From an uncultured Deinococcaceae bacterium (GTDB lineage Bacteria; Deinococcota; Deinococci; Deinococcales; Deinococcaceae): a stretch of 64,000 bases of DNA. Position numbers and translations under genes: made by a program. Location: contig CAXULY010000009.1 in NCBI GenBank assembly GCA_964252075.1, positions 32,001-96,000 on the forward strand, written 5' to 3'. This document shows, one piece after another, positions 12,382-20,733 of this stretch. How positions within the stretch are numbered: the stretch's first letter is position 1; every line of letters starts with the position of its first letter. The notes below the pieces were generated by a model. That model was not told the origin of the DNA, searched no databases, and saw only the letters and a program-made list of their open reading frames with translations.

Positions 12382-12832
12382 GACGCTGCGTGCCCTCGTG
12401 GTGCTGCTCGCCCTGACCCTCACCCTGGCGGGCGCCGCGCCGGCGCTCACCGAGGCGCAGCAGGCGCAGGCGGCGCGCATCGAGCAGGGCCTGCGCTGCC
12501 CGGTGTGCTCGGGTGAATCGGTGTACGACAGCCGCGCGCAGATCTCCACGAACATCCGCGATGAGGTCGCGGCGCAGGTCGTGCAGGGCCACAGCGACGC
12601 GGACATCTACGCGTACTTCCAGCGCCGCTTCGGGGACAGCATCCTGATGCAGCCGCCCGTGCGGGGCGTGAACCTGTGGCTGTGGGGGCTGCCCGTGGCG
12701 GTGGTCGTGGTGGGCGGCGTGTGGCTGCTGGCGTTCCTGCGCGGTCGCCGCCGCGAGCCGGAGCCCACCGCCGATCCGGCGCTGCTGGCGCGCGTGGACG
12801 CCGAACTGCGCGCCCGCCGGGGTGAGGGGTGA
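12377..12832 (+). CDS. ccmH: Cytochrome c biogenesis protein CcmH (start ATT 12377 or GTG 12398)
   Basis: LRCPVC motif, [12 protein letters not shown]-terminal TM helix; start codon uncertain (see findings). Confidence 0.88.
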   Translation: MKTLRALVVLLALTLTLAGAAPALTEAQQAQAARIEQGLRCPVCSGESVYDSRAQISTNIRDEVAAQVVQGHSDADIYAYFQRRFGDSILMQPPVRGVNLWLWGLPVAVVVVGGVWLLAFLRGRRREPEPTADPALLARVDAELRARRGEG

Positions 12833-13857
12833 GCGTCGTCGCGCTGGTGCTGCTGGTGGCGCTCGCGCTGGTGGGCCTGCTGCTGGCCCTCACGCCCCTG
12901 CGGGCGCCCGCCTCGCCCGCCACGGATGACCGGCAGGGCGCGCTGGAGGAGGAGCGCGAGGCGCTGCTGCGCGCCCTCGCGGAACTGGACGCCGAGCGCG
13001 GCGAGGACGCCGAGCGCGAGCGGGCCCGCCTGCGCGCCCGCACCGCGCGGGTGCTGGCGCAGCTGGACACGCTGGAGCCGCGCCCCGTGAGCGCGCGGCG
13101 GCCCCTCGCGCCCGCGCTGGTCGGGGTGGGTGTGGCGCTGCTGATCACGCTGGCGGGCGCCTTCACCTTCGTTCCGCGCTGGCAGCTCGCGGCGCTCGCG
13201 CCGGACGAGGCGAAGGCCGTGACGAGCGTGGTGCAGTTGCCCGCGCTGGCGAGCCGCGCGGCGCGCAGCGGCAACGAGGCGGACCAGCTCGCGCTGGCGC
13301 GCGCGGCCTTCACCGCCGGGCGGTACGACGACGCGGCGGGCGCGTACAGCAACGTGCTGCGCGCCAACCCCCGGCAGCCGGAGGCGCTGCGCCGCGTGGG
13401 CCTGATCCTGCTGTCGCAGGGCGAGAAGGCCACCGAGGCTGCGCAGCTCATTCAGGCGTCCGCGCAGCTCGCGCCGCAGGACCCGGAAGGTCAGCTGTAC
13501 CTGGGCTTCGCGCTCGCGCGCTTCGGTGAGGACGCGCGCGCCCTGCAGGCCCTCACGCGCTACCAGCAGCTCAAACCGCAGGGCGGTGAGGCCGACGAGC
13601 TGATCGCGCAGCTGCGCAGCCGCTCCCAGCCCGTGAGCGCGGGGCAGCGCGTGTACGCCGCGAACTGCGCGTCCTGCCACGGCCCGGCGGGCGCGGGCGG
13701 CATCGGGCCGAGCCTGCGGGACAACGGCCTGAGCCGCGAGGCGATGGCGGCCATCATCCGGGGCGGCAAGGGCACCATGCCCGCCTACCCGAACCTGCCC
13801 GAGCGTGACCTGAACGCCCTGCTGGACCTCATCGCGGGCTGGCAGAAGGGCCAGTAG
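12829..13857 (+). CDS. CcmI/CycH-like TPR membrane protein fused to a C-terminal c-type cytochrome
   Basis: TM-coiled coil-TM N-terminus, TPR-like helices (AAGAYSNVLRANPRQPEAL), CASCH heme motif and GTMP axial Met. Confidence 0.8.
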   Translation: MSVVALVLLVALALVGLLLALTPLRAPASPATDDRQGALEEEREALLRALAELDAERGEDAERERARLRARTARVLAQLDTLEPRPVSARRPLAPALVGVGVALLITLAGAFTFVPRWQLAALAPDEAKAVTSVVQLPALASRAARSGNEADQLALARAAFTAGRYDDAAGAYSNVLRANPRQPEALRRVGLILLSQGEKATEAAQLIQASAQLAPQDPEGQLYLGFALARFGEDARALQALTRYQQLKPQGGEADELIAQLRSRSQPVSAGQRVYAANCASCHGPAGAGGIGPSLRDNGLSREAMAAIIRGGKGTMPAYPNLPERDLNALLDLIAGWQKGQ

Positions 13858-13867
13858 CGTGGCGGGG

Positions 13868-14416
13868 ATGCCGGGCGTCACGCGCCGCCGCCTGCTGGAG
13901 TTCTGGTGGGCGCTGCCCGTCACGGCGACCGTGGGCGCGCTGGGGTACATGGGGTTCTACGCGGCGCGCGTCACGTTCGGGAAGCGCGCCGCGCGCGCCC
14001 CGGACTACCAGACGAAACCGCCGGAGCGGGTGGCGCGACCGGAGCAGCTGGGCGCCGACTGGTCGAGCCTGAACTTCACGTTCGCGGGCACGCCGTGCGT
14101 GCTGCTGCGCCTCCCCTCCCCCGCGCCGCACAGCCTGACGCTGGCGGGGCGGCATTACGCGGCGTACTCGCGGGTGTGCACGCACCTGGGGTGCGCCGTG
14201 AACGTACAGCGGGACCTGGACGTGGTGGCGTTCAGCTTCAATTACCGCGCGGACCACCCCATGCTGGGCTGCCCGTGTCACTTCAGCCTGTTCGATCCCC
14301 TCAAGGACGGCGACGTGGCGATCGGGAAGGCGCTGTACCCGCTGCCGCGCGTGCGGCTGGAGGCGCGCGCGGGCGCGCTGTTCGCGACGGGCCTGGAGGC
14401 GCCCCCCCGGGCGTGA
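13868..14416 (+). CDS. Tat-exported Rieske [2Fe-2S] protein
   Basis: TRRRLL twin-arginine plus TM segment; CTHLGC and CPCHFS Rieske motifs. Confidence 0.9.
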   Translation: MPGVTRRRLLEFWWALPVTATVGALGYMGFYAARVTFGKRAARAPDYQTKPPERVARPEQLGADWSSLNFTFAGTPCVLLRLPSPAPHSLTLAGRHYAAYSRVCTHLGCAVNVQRDLDVVAFSFNYRADHPMLGCPCHFSLFDPLKDGDVAIGKALYPLPRVRLEARAGALFATGLEAPPRA

Positions 14417-14904
14417 CGGCGCTGGAGGTGCGCGTCGCGGCGGGTGAGCTGCCGCGCTGTTCGGCGCTCCTGCAGGAGAGCGCGCGCTGGGCGGCCCGGC
14501 GCGGCATGGCGCTGTGGGACGAGGCGAGCCTGACGGTGGAGGCCCTCACGGCGGTGTATGACCCCAGCGAGTTCCGGCTGGGCTGGCTGGACGGCGAGCC
14601 CGTCGCCACGATGGTCCTGCAGCGCGAGGACCGCCTCTTCTGGCCGGACGCCGCGCCCGGCGAGGCGCTGTACCTGCACAAGCTCGCCGTCAGCCGCGCG
14701 CACGCCGGGCGGCATCTGGCGCGGGGCATGCTGGCCGCAGCGCTGCAGGAGGTGCGGGCGGTGGGTCGCCCGTACCTGCGGCTGGACACCGCCGCCGACC
14801 GCCCGAAGCTGCGGGGGCTGTACGAGGATTTCGGTTTTCAGTCGTGCGGCGAACGCCTGGTGGGCGAGCACCGGGTCGTGCTGTACGAACGGGCGAGCGG
14901 CTGA
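14413..14904 (+). CDS. GNAT family N-acetyltransferase
   Basis: GTG overlapping Rieske stop; YLHKLAVSRAHAGRHLA, LRLDT, LYEDFGF. Confidence 0.85.
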   Translation: MTALEVRVAAGELPRCSALLQESARWAARRGMALWDEASLTVEALTAVYDPSEFRLGWLDGEPVATMVLQREDRLFWPDAAPGEALYLHKLAVSRAHAGRHLARGMLAAALQEVRAVGRPYLRLDTAADRPKLRGLYEDFGFQSCGERLVGEHRVVLYERASG

Positions 14905-14911
14905 CCCACCA

Positions 14912-15778
14912 TCACGTCAGGGACCGCACCCAGGTCGCCCACATGGGTTCCACCTCGAAACCCATGCGGGCGTTCACGCGCAGGGTGGGGAGGTGCAGGA
15001 GCGTGCCCCCGGTGCTGGCGCGCTCGTGGCCCGCAGCGCGCGCCCACTGCAGGCTGTGCGCCGTGAGGAGGGTCGCCACGCCGCGCCCACGCCACGCGGG
15101 GGTGACGGCGGTGAACTCCAGCTCCACCGCCCTTCCGTTCACGCTCAGCCATGCGAAGGCGATGGGCTGCGCCCGCGCCACGGCGACGAACACCTGCCCC
15201 CGGGTCAGCGCGGCCTGGAAGGCCGCGGGGTCCTGCGGGTCCGGGGTGGTCGTGGGGTTGCGCGGCGTGTCGCGCCGTCCCTCCTCGTACAGACGGTGCA
15301 GGGCGGGCCAGGGGAGCGGTTCCTCCGGGCCGGTCACCTCCACGCCCGCCAGGAACAGGCGCTCCTCCAGCGCCGCGAAGCGCGAGGGGTCGAAGGTGCC
15401 CAGGTTCAGGTGGGCGCCCCAGGACTGGTGGGCGTTGCGGAAGCCCGCGGCGGCCAGGAAGTGCATCTGCGGGCCGTGGTCTTCACGCACGACGCTGTGC
15501 AGGGCGGCCGTGTCGGCGGGAAGACGCGCGAGCAGCGCGGTGAGCAGCGGCGTGAAGTGCGCGGGGTCCCCGGCGAGCTGCAGGCGCTCGTGGTCGGGCG
15601 CGACCGGACCCACGCGCCAGTGCCACACGCCCGCCCGGACGGCGCCGCCCTCCTCGGCCACGAGGCAGGGCGTGCGGCGCCGCGCGAGGGTGGCGGCCGT
15701 GACGGGGAACTGCCCGAGGGAGGCGGCGGTCTGCAGCGCGGCGAGCCGCTCCCCGTCGCGCGCTTCGGCGGGCCGCAC
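14912..15778 (-). CDS. Tandem-domain GNAT family N-acetyltransferase
   Basis: FLAAAGF; TAVTPAWRGRGVA acetyl-CoA motif; NARMGF. Confidence 0.8.
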   Translation of the reverse strand: MRPAEARDGERLAALQTAASLGQFPVTAATLARRRTPCLVAEEGGAVRAGVWHWRVGPVAPDHERLQLAGDPAHFTPLLTALLARLPADTAALHSVVREDHGPQMHFLAAAGFRNAHQSWGAHLNLGTFDPSRFAALEERLFLAGVEVTGPEEPLPWPALHRLYEEGRRDTPRNPTTTPDPQDPAAFQAALTRGQVFVAVARAQPIAFAWLSVNGRAVELEFTAVTPAWRGRGVATLLTAHSLQWARAAGHERASTGGTLLHLPTLRVNARMGFEVEPMWATWVRSLT

Positions 15779-15780
15779 CT

Positions 15781-16653
15781 TCAGGGGCGCTCCCGCCCGT
15801 AGGCGATCCAGTCCGGCTCAATGGTGGCGCCCAGGCGGCGCAGCACGCCCAGGTAGGCGCGGTCGGCCTTCACGCCCGCGGTGTTCAGGAAGCCGAAGTG
15901 CAGGTCCCGCAGGGCGCCGCACACGCGCGCCTGCAGGGCCGTCCCGATGCCGCGCCGCCGCCAGTCCCGCCGCACGCCCAGCACCGCGTTCCAGGCGCCG
16001 AGGCGCGCGCGTTCCGGCACCGCGAGGCCGATGGGCTGGCCCGCCTGCACCGCCACGAAACCCGCCGTCCACAGCTGGTCCGGGTCGTGCAGCGCCGGGC
16101 TGGCCGGGGGGATGGTGGGTGGGGCGGTCACCTTGTCGGCGGCGAGTGTGGCGTAGAGGGCGGACAGGCGCGGGTCGTCGCGCCACGGCTGGGCGGGCTG
16201 GATGGTCACGCCAGGAGGCGCGGGGCGGCCCTCGACCGCTGCCCCTTCGGGGTCGAGAAAGAAACCGCCGCCGAAGGTGCGGTGCACCTCCCGGAAGCCC
16301 AGCACGGTGAGGTCGGGCGCGGTGCCCAGGTAGTCCTCGCGCACGCTGGTCCACAGCTGGCGGATGGTGGCAGGCAGGGGGGCGACCAGGGCGTTCAGCA
16401 GGCGCCGTGCGCCGTCCGCCTGGCGGTGGTCGGGGTGCAGGTGCAGGCCGATCCAGGCGCGGTCCGGATCGAAGTCGAGCCGCCTGCGGGTGCCGAAGCC
16501 GATCACCTCGCCCGCGTCCTCCAGGACGAGGTGGCCGGAGAGGTCCGCGTGGGCGAGGCGCGCGGCGGTGGTGTGGAAGTGCGGTTCCTGGGTGGCGTTG
16601 TGCAGCAGGGCGAGGGTGGGGAGGTCGGCGGGTTCGGGTGGGCGGGTGAGCAT
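15781..16653 (-). CDS. Tandem-domain GNAT family N-acetyltransferase
   Basis: ATG 16653 with GGAGG SD; HPDHR, GVRRDWRRRGIGTAL; similar layout to downstream gene (SVRED/VVRED, HRTFGG/HQSWGA). Confidence 0.8.
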   Translation of the reverse strand: MLTRPPEPADLPTLALLHNATQEPHFHTTAARLAHADLSGHLVLEDAGEVIGFGTRRRLDFDPDRAWIGLHLHPDHRQADGARRLLNALVAPLPATIRQLWTSVREDYLGTAPDLTVLGFREVHRTFGGGFFLDPEGAAVEGRPAPPGVTIQPAQPWRDDPRLSALYATLAADKVTAPPTIPPASPALHDPDQLWTAGFVAVQAGQPIGLAVPERARLGAWNAVLGVRRDWRRRGIGTALQARVCGALRDLHFGFLNTAGVKADRAYLGVLRRLGATIEPDWIAYGRERP

Positions 16654-16791
16654 GGGTGGGCCTCCGGTGGGCCCAGCGCGCTGGAACGGCTTCAGGTTAG
16701 GCATGGCGGGTGTGGCCGTCAAAGTGGGTGACCTCTGCCAGATGGCCTAGGGAGAACATGCAGCAATTCAGCAGAGAATCACATTCTCAGA

Positions 16792-16808
16792 ATATGTTCG
16801 GAGCGTAA
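16792..16808. promoter_or_regulatory. RDRM-like 17-bp palindrome (candidate DdrO operator)
   Basis: ATATGTTCGGAGCGTAA (reverse TTACGCTCCGAACATAT) matches the Deinococcus radiation-desiccation response motif TTAYGY-N5-RCRTAA at 11 of 12 arm positions. Confidence 0.55.
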
Positions 16809-16884
16809 TCTGTTTGTACCGGAATGGGAGCGCCAATGTGGCGCTCGTCGTCGAATTTCGGATGAACCTCGACCCCGAGAAGCA

Positions 16885-16915
16885 CGCCCGCCCTGCTGGC
16901 GGGCGATCGCTTTTA
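16885..16915. terminator. Hairpin at the 3' end of nagA, with a T-run on the + strand
   Basis: CGCCCGCC-CTGCT-GGCGGGCG followed by ATCGCTTTT. Confidence 0.5.
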
Positions 16916-18019
16916 CCCCACCAGCCGCTCCCCCGCCACCCACACGTCCTGCACGCGCAGGTCGCGGTCCAGCGCCACCACATCCGCGCGCAGGCCGGGA
17001 CCCAGCGCCCCCCGGTCCGTCAGCCCCACATAGCGCGCCGGGTGCAGGCTCACGAGCCGCGACGCCTCCGGTAAGCTCAGGCCCGCCGCGACCGCGTTGC
17101 GCAGCGCCACATCCAGGGTCAGCACGCTCCCCGCGAGACCACCACTCGCCAGACGCGCCGCGCCGTTGCGCACGTACGTCGGCTGCCCGCCCAGGTCGTA
17201 GGTGCCGTCCGGCATGCCCGCCGCGCGCGTGGCGTCCGTGATGAGCAGCAGGCGCTCCGGCTTCGCGTGGAAGGCCGTCAGGAAACTCCCCGCGTGCACG
17301 TGATGGCCGTCCAGAATCAGCTCCGCCCACGCCTCCGGGTGGGCGAGCAGAGCGCCCGCCACGCCCGGCTCACGGCTGGTGAGGCCGCCCATGGCGTTGA
17401 ACAGGTGCGTGCCGCCCAGCTCACCGCCCGCCGCGCGCACCACCTGCAGTGCCGCGAGCGCCTGGTCGTAGTCCGCCGCCGTGTGCCCCAGGCTGACGCG
17501 CACGCCCGCCCGCGCGAAGCGCTCGGCGGCCTCGAGCCCGCCGGGCAGTTCCGGCGCCAGCGTCACCACCCGCACCACGTCCACCTCCAGCACCTCATCG
17601 ACCCGATCGGGCGTGGGCAGCACCGTGAAGGGCGGCTGCGCGCCCAGCCGCTCCGGGTTGATGAACGGCCCCTCCAGATGCACGCCCGGCAGGTCGGGCA
17701 GGCCCGGCCCGCGCACCTCCCGCACGCCCCGCAGGGCCGCCATCACCTGCGGCCAGGGGTTCGTTATGGTGGTCGGCAGGAGGGTGGTGGTGCCGTGCGC
17801 GCCGTGGAAGCGCGCGAGGGTCCGCACGCCCTCCGGGCCGTCCATGGTGTCCCCCCCGCCGCCGCCGTGCACGTGCACGTCCACGAAGCCGGGGAGCAGC
17901 AGGCGGTCCGTGGGCGCCTGCGCGTCGGGCACGATGTCGGCGATCAGGCCGCCCTCCACGACGAGGCGGGCGGGCGTGAGGCCGTTCGGGGTGAGCACCA
18001 GACCGGTCAGTTCGGGCAT
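16913..18019 (-). CDS. nagA: N-acetylglucosamine-6-phosphate deacetylase
   Basis: PGFVDVHVHG, HLEGPF, TLAPE, THLFNAM, LITDA, LAGS; start ATG 18019. Confidence 0.95.
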   Translation of the reverse strand: MPELTGLVLTPNGLTPARLVVEGGLIADIVPDAQAPTDRLLLPGFVDVHVHGGGGGDTMDGPEGVRTLARFHGAHGTTTLLPTTITNPWPQVMAALRGVREVRGPGLPDLPGVHLEGPFINPERLGAQPPFTVLPTPDRVDEVLEVDVVRVVTLAPELPGGLEAAERFARAGVRVSLGHTAADYDQALAALQVVRAAGGELGGTHLFNAMGGLTSREPGVAGALLAHPEAWAELILDGHHVHAGSFLTAFHAKPERLLLITDATRAAGMPDGTYDLGGQPTYVRNGAARLASGGLAGSVLTLDVALRNAVAAGLSLPEASRLVSLHPARYVGLTDRGALGPGLRADVVALDRDLRVQDVWVAGERLVG

Positions 18020-18062
18020 GGGCCTCACTTTAAGCCCCCGCGGGCCGCGCCGTGCGGCGCCC

Positions 18063-18974
18063 TCACCCGCGCAGGTGCTCCAGGGCCAGGCGCGCCGCCG
18101 CCCGCTCGTGCGGGACATCCCGCACCTCCAGCGGCACGCCGGGCAGCGCTTCGGCGCACGCCTGGGCCACGCGCGGGTGCGCCCGCAGGGCCCCTCCGGC
18201 CAGTGCCACCGCCAGGGGCCCCGTGCGCCGCAGGAGCGTGCCCGCCAGCGCCGCGAGGTCCCGCCCGGCCCCCTCCAGGATGGCGACGGCGCCCGGGTCG
18301 CCCGCCCGCGCGGCCTCCCCCACCAGCGGGGCCAGCGCCGCGATGGCGGCGCGCCCACCACCGTAGGCGTAGGCCCTCAGCGTCGGCCAGTCCCGCCCGC
18401 CCGCCGCCGCGAAGACCCGTTCGGCCAGCGGCCCCCGCGCGGCCTCCCCCACGCCGTCCGCATGAAGGAGGAGGTGACGCAGGGCCGCGCGCCCGATGGC
18501 GAAGCCGCCGCCCTCGTCGCCCAGCAGCGGCCCGTACCCACCCGCGCGCAGAACCCCACCCTGCGGCGTCAGGTGGTAGGCGATGGCGCCCGTCCCGGCG
18601 TACACCAGCACGCCCGCGCCCGGCGGGAAGTGCGCGAGGTACGCGAGGTCCAGGTCGCCCTCGACCCGCACCTGCGCGGGACCCAGCTGCAGGGCCGCCG
18701 CCAGGGTGTCGCTCACCACGGCCGCCTCCGCCGACCCCGCGCTGAGGCCCGTCACGCCGACCCACGCCGCCCGCACCCCGAAGGGCGTCGCCAGGTCCGC
18801 CACCTCAGCGAGGGCCGCGAGGGCCGCCCCGCGCCGCTCGCCCGCAAGGTCCAGGCCGCTCACGGGCGCCACGCGGCCCTCCGCCCGCACGTGCCCGCGG
18901 TCGTCCATCACGCACCACTTGCTGCTCGAGGCGCCGCAATCCAGGCCGAGCGCCGCCGCCCATTCATTGCCCAC
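18063..18974 (-). CDS. BadF/BadG/BcrA/BcrD-type N-acetyl-amino-sugar kinase (NagK/MurK-like)
   Basis: LGLDCGASSSK, AGTGAI, GGYGPLLGDEGGGFAIG; context with nagA and murQ. Confidence 0.85.
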   Translation of the reverse strand: MGNEWAAALGLDCGASSSKWCVMDDRGHVRAEGRVAPVSGLDLAGERRGAALAALAEVADLATPFGVRAAWVGVTGLSAGSAEAAVVSDTLAAALQLGPAQVRVEGDLDLAYLAHFPPGAGVLVYAGTGAIAYHLTPQGGVLRAGGYGPLLGDEGGGFAIGRAALRHLLLHADGVGEAARGPLAERVFAAAGGRDWPTLRAYAYGGGRAAIAALAPLVGEAARAGDPGAVAILEGAGRDLAALAGTLLRRTGPLAVALAGGALRAHPRVAQACAEALPGVPLEVRDVPHERAAARLALEHLRG

Positions 18975-19035
18975 GCCCTCCACTCTACGGCCCCGCGCCC
19001 AAATTGGTCTGCAAGTGGTAATATTCCTGCAGCGC

Positions 19036-19767
19036 ATGACCCGGCACGCTGCCCACTTCCGTCCCAGCGGCAACACGCCGCTGTACCTGCAACTGGAAAG
19101 CTCCCTGCGTGACGCCCTCGCGCACGGCCGCTTCCGCCCCGGCGAGGCCCTGCCCGCCGAACGCGAGTTCGCGCGCGACCTCGGCGTTTCGCGCATCACG
19201 CTGCGCCGCGCCCTGGAACGCCTCGAAACCCTCGGGCTGGTCGTGCGCCGACACGGTTCCGGCACCTTCGTTGCGCAACGCGTCGAGCAGTCCCTGACCG
19301 GCCTCACCAGCTTCACCGAGGACCTCCGCGCGCGCGGCCGCCTGCCCGGCGTGCACTGGACGGAACGCCGACTCGTGACCGCCAGCGCCGAAGAAGCGCT
19401 CGCCCTGGGCCTCGGCCCGCAGGCGCAGGTGGCGCGCCTGGAACGCGTGCGCCTCGCGGACGGCGAACCCCTCGCGCTGGAACGCGCCGTTCTCTCCGCG
19501 CAGCACCTGCCCGACCCGCAGGACGTCACGGACTCCCTGTACAGCCACCTGCAGCGCCGCGGCCTGCGCCCCGAGCGCGCCGTGCAGCGCCTGCGCGCCG
19601 CCGCCGCCGCACCTCGCGAGGCCGAACTGCTTTCCATCGCGCCCGGCGCGCCCGTCCTGTCCATCGAGCGCCTGAGCTTCCTGCCGGGCGGCGCCGTGCT
19701 GGAATTCACCCGCTCGCATTACCGCGGTGACCGCTACGACTTCGTGGCGGAACTGCACGCCCCCTGA
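19036..19767 (+). CDS. GntR/HutC-family regulator with UTRA domain (NagR-like)
   Basis: PLYLQL...LPAERE...GVSRITLRRAL...GSGTFV wHTH; UTRA C-terminus ending YRGDRY. Confidence 0.9.
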   Translation: MTRHAAHFRPSGNTPLYLQLESSLRDALAHGRFRPGEALPAEREFARDLGVSRITLRRALERLETLGLVVRRHGSGTFVAQRVEQSLTGLTSFTEDLRARGRLPGVHWTERRLVTASAEEALALGLGPQAQVARLERVRLADGEPLALERAVLSAQHLPDPQDVTDSLYSHLQRRGLRPERAVQRLRAAAAAPREAELLSIAPGAPVLSIERLSFLPGGAVLEFTRSHYRGDRYDFVAELHAP

Positions 19768-19786
19768 CCCCACCGAGGCCCCGCCC

Positions 19787-20686
19787 ATGACCACACCCAC
19801 CGACCCCCGCCCCACCGAGAACATCCACCCGCAGCACGCGGACCTCGACCGCCAGCCCACCACAGGCGTCCTGCGCGCCCTCATCAGCGACCAGGAGCAC
19901 GCCGTGCAGGCCGCCATGGCCGCCGTGGACGCCCTCGCGCTCGCCGCCGACGCCGCCAGCGAACGCCTGCGCCGCGGCGGGCGCCTCGTGTACGTCGGCG
20001 CGGGCACCAGCGGGCGGCTCGGCACGCTCGATGCCACCGAACTCGGCCCCACCTTCTCCTGGCCACCCGAACGCGCCCTGAACGTCATCGCGGGCGGACC
20101 CACCGCCCTCGTGAGCGCCGTCGAGGGCGCGGAGGACGACCCGGAAGCGGCGCGCCGCGACCTCAGCGCCCTGCACCTCACCCCGGACGACGTCGTAATC
20201 GGCGTCGCGGCCAGCGGCACCACCCCCTACACCCTCGCCGCGCTGGACGCCGCGCGCGCCGCCGGGGCCCTCACGGTCGGCATTGCGAACAACCCAGGCA
20301 CGCCGCTGCTCTCCGCCGCGGACATCGCGGTGCTGCTCGACACCGGCCCGGAAGTCATCTCGGGCAGCACCCGCCTCAAAGCGGGCACTGCGCAGAAAAT
20401 TGCACTGAACGCCCTGTCGAGCGCCATCATGGTGCGGCTCGGCAAGGTGTACGGCAACCTCATGGTGGACCTGCGCGCCACCAACGCCAAACTGGAAGGC
20501 CGCGCGCTGCGCCTCGTCATGGCCGCCACCGGTCAGGACGCTGAGGCCGCCCAGCGCGCCCTCACCGCCAGCGGCGGGAGCGTCAAGACCGCCATGGTGA
20601 TGCTGCGCCTCGGCGTGAGCCACCCCGACGCACAGGCGCGCCTGAACGCCGCGCGCGGCGACGCTCGCACCGCCCTCGGCGAATAA
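19787..20686 (+). CDS. murQ: N-acetylmuramic acid 6-phosphate etherase
   Basis: GAGTSGRLG, EGAED, GPEVISGSTRLKAGTAQK, GNLMVD. Confidence 0.95.
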   Translation: MTTPTDPRPTENIHPQHADLDRQPTTGVLRALISDQEHAVQAAMAAVDALALAADAASERLRRGGRLVYVGAGTSGRLGTLDATELGPTFSWPPERALNVIAGGPTALVSAVEGAEDDPEAARRDLSALHLTPDDVVIGVAASGTTPYTLAALDAARAAGALTVGIANNPGTPLLSAADIAVLLDTGPEVISGSTRLKAGTAQKIALNALSSAIMVRLGKVYGNLMVDLRATNAKLEGRALRLVMAATGQDAEAAQRALTASGGSVKTAMVMLRLGVSHPDAQARLNAARGDARTALGE

Positions 20687-20714
20687 GAAAAAGGGCAGGC
20701 GACACCGCCTGCCC
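20685..20714 (-). terminator. Intrinsic terminator for the minus-strand peptidase gene (possibly bidirectional)
   Basis: GGGCAGGCG-ACAC-CGCCTGCCC preceded by AAGAAAAA (U-tail on minus strand). Confidence 0.65.
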
Positions 20715-20733
20715 CTCCCATAACTGCAAGGAT

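Noticed and set aside
16758..16808. 16-aa ORF MQQFSRESHSQNMFGA after GGAG
   Set aside because: SD-to-ATG spacing of 3 nt is too short and codon usage is atypical; better explained as promoter or operator DNA
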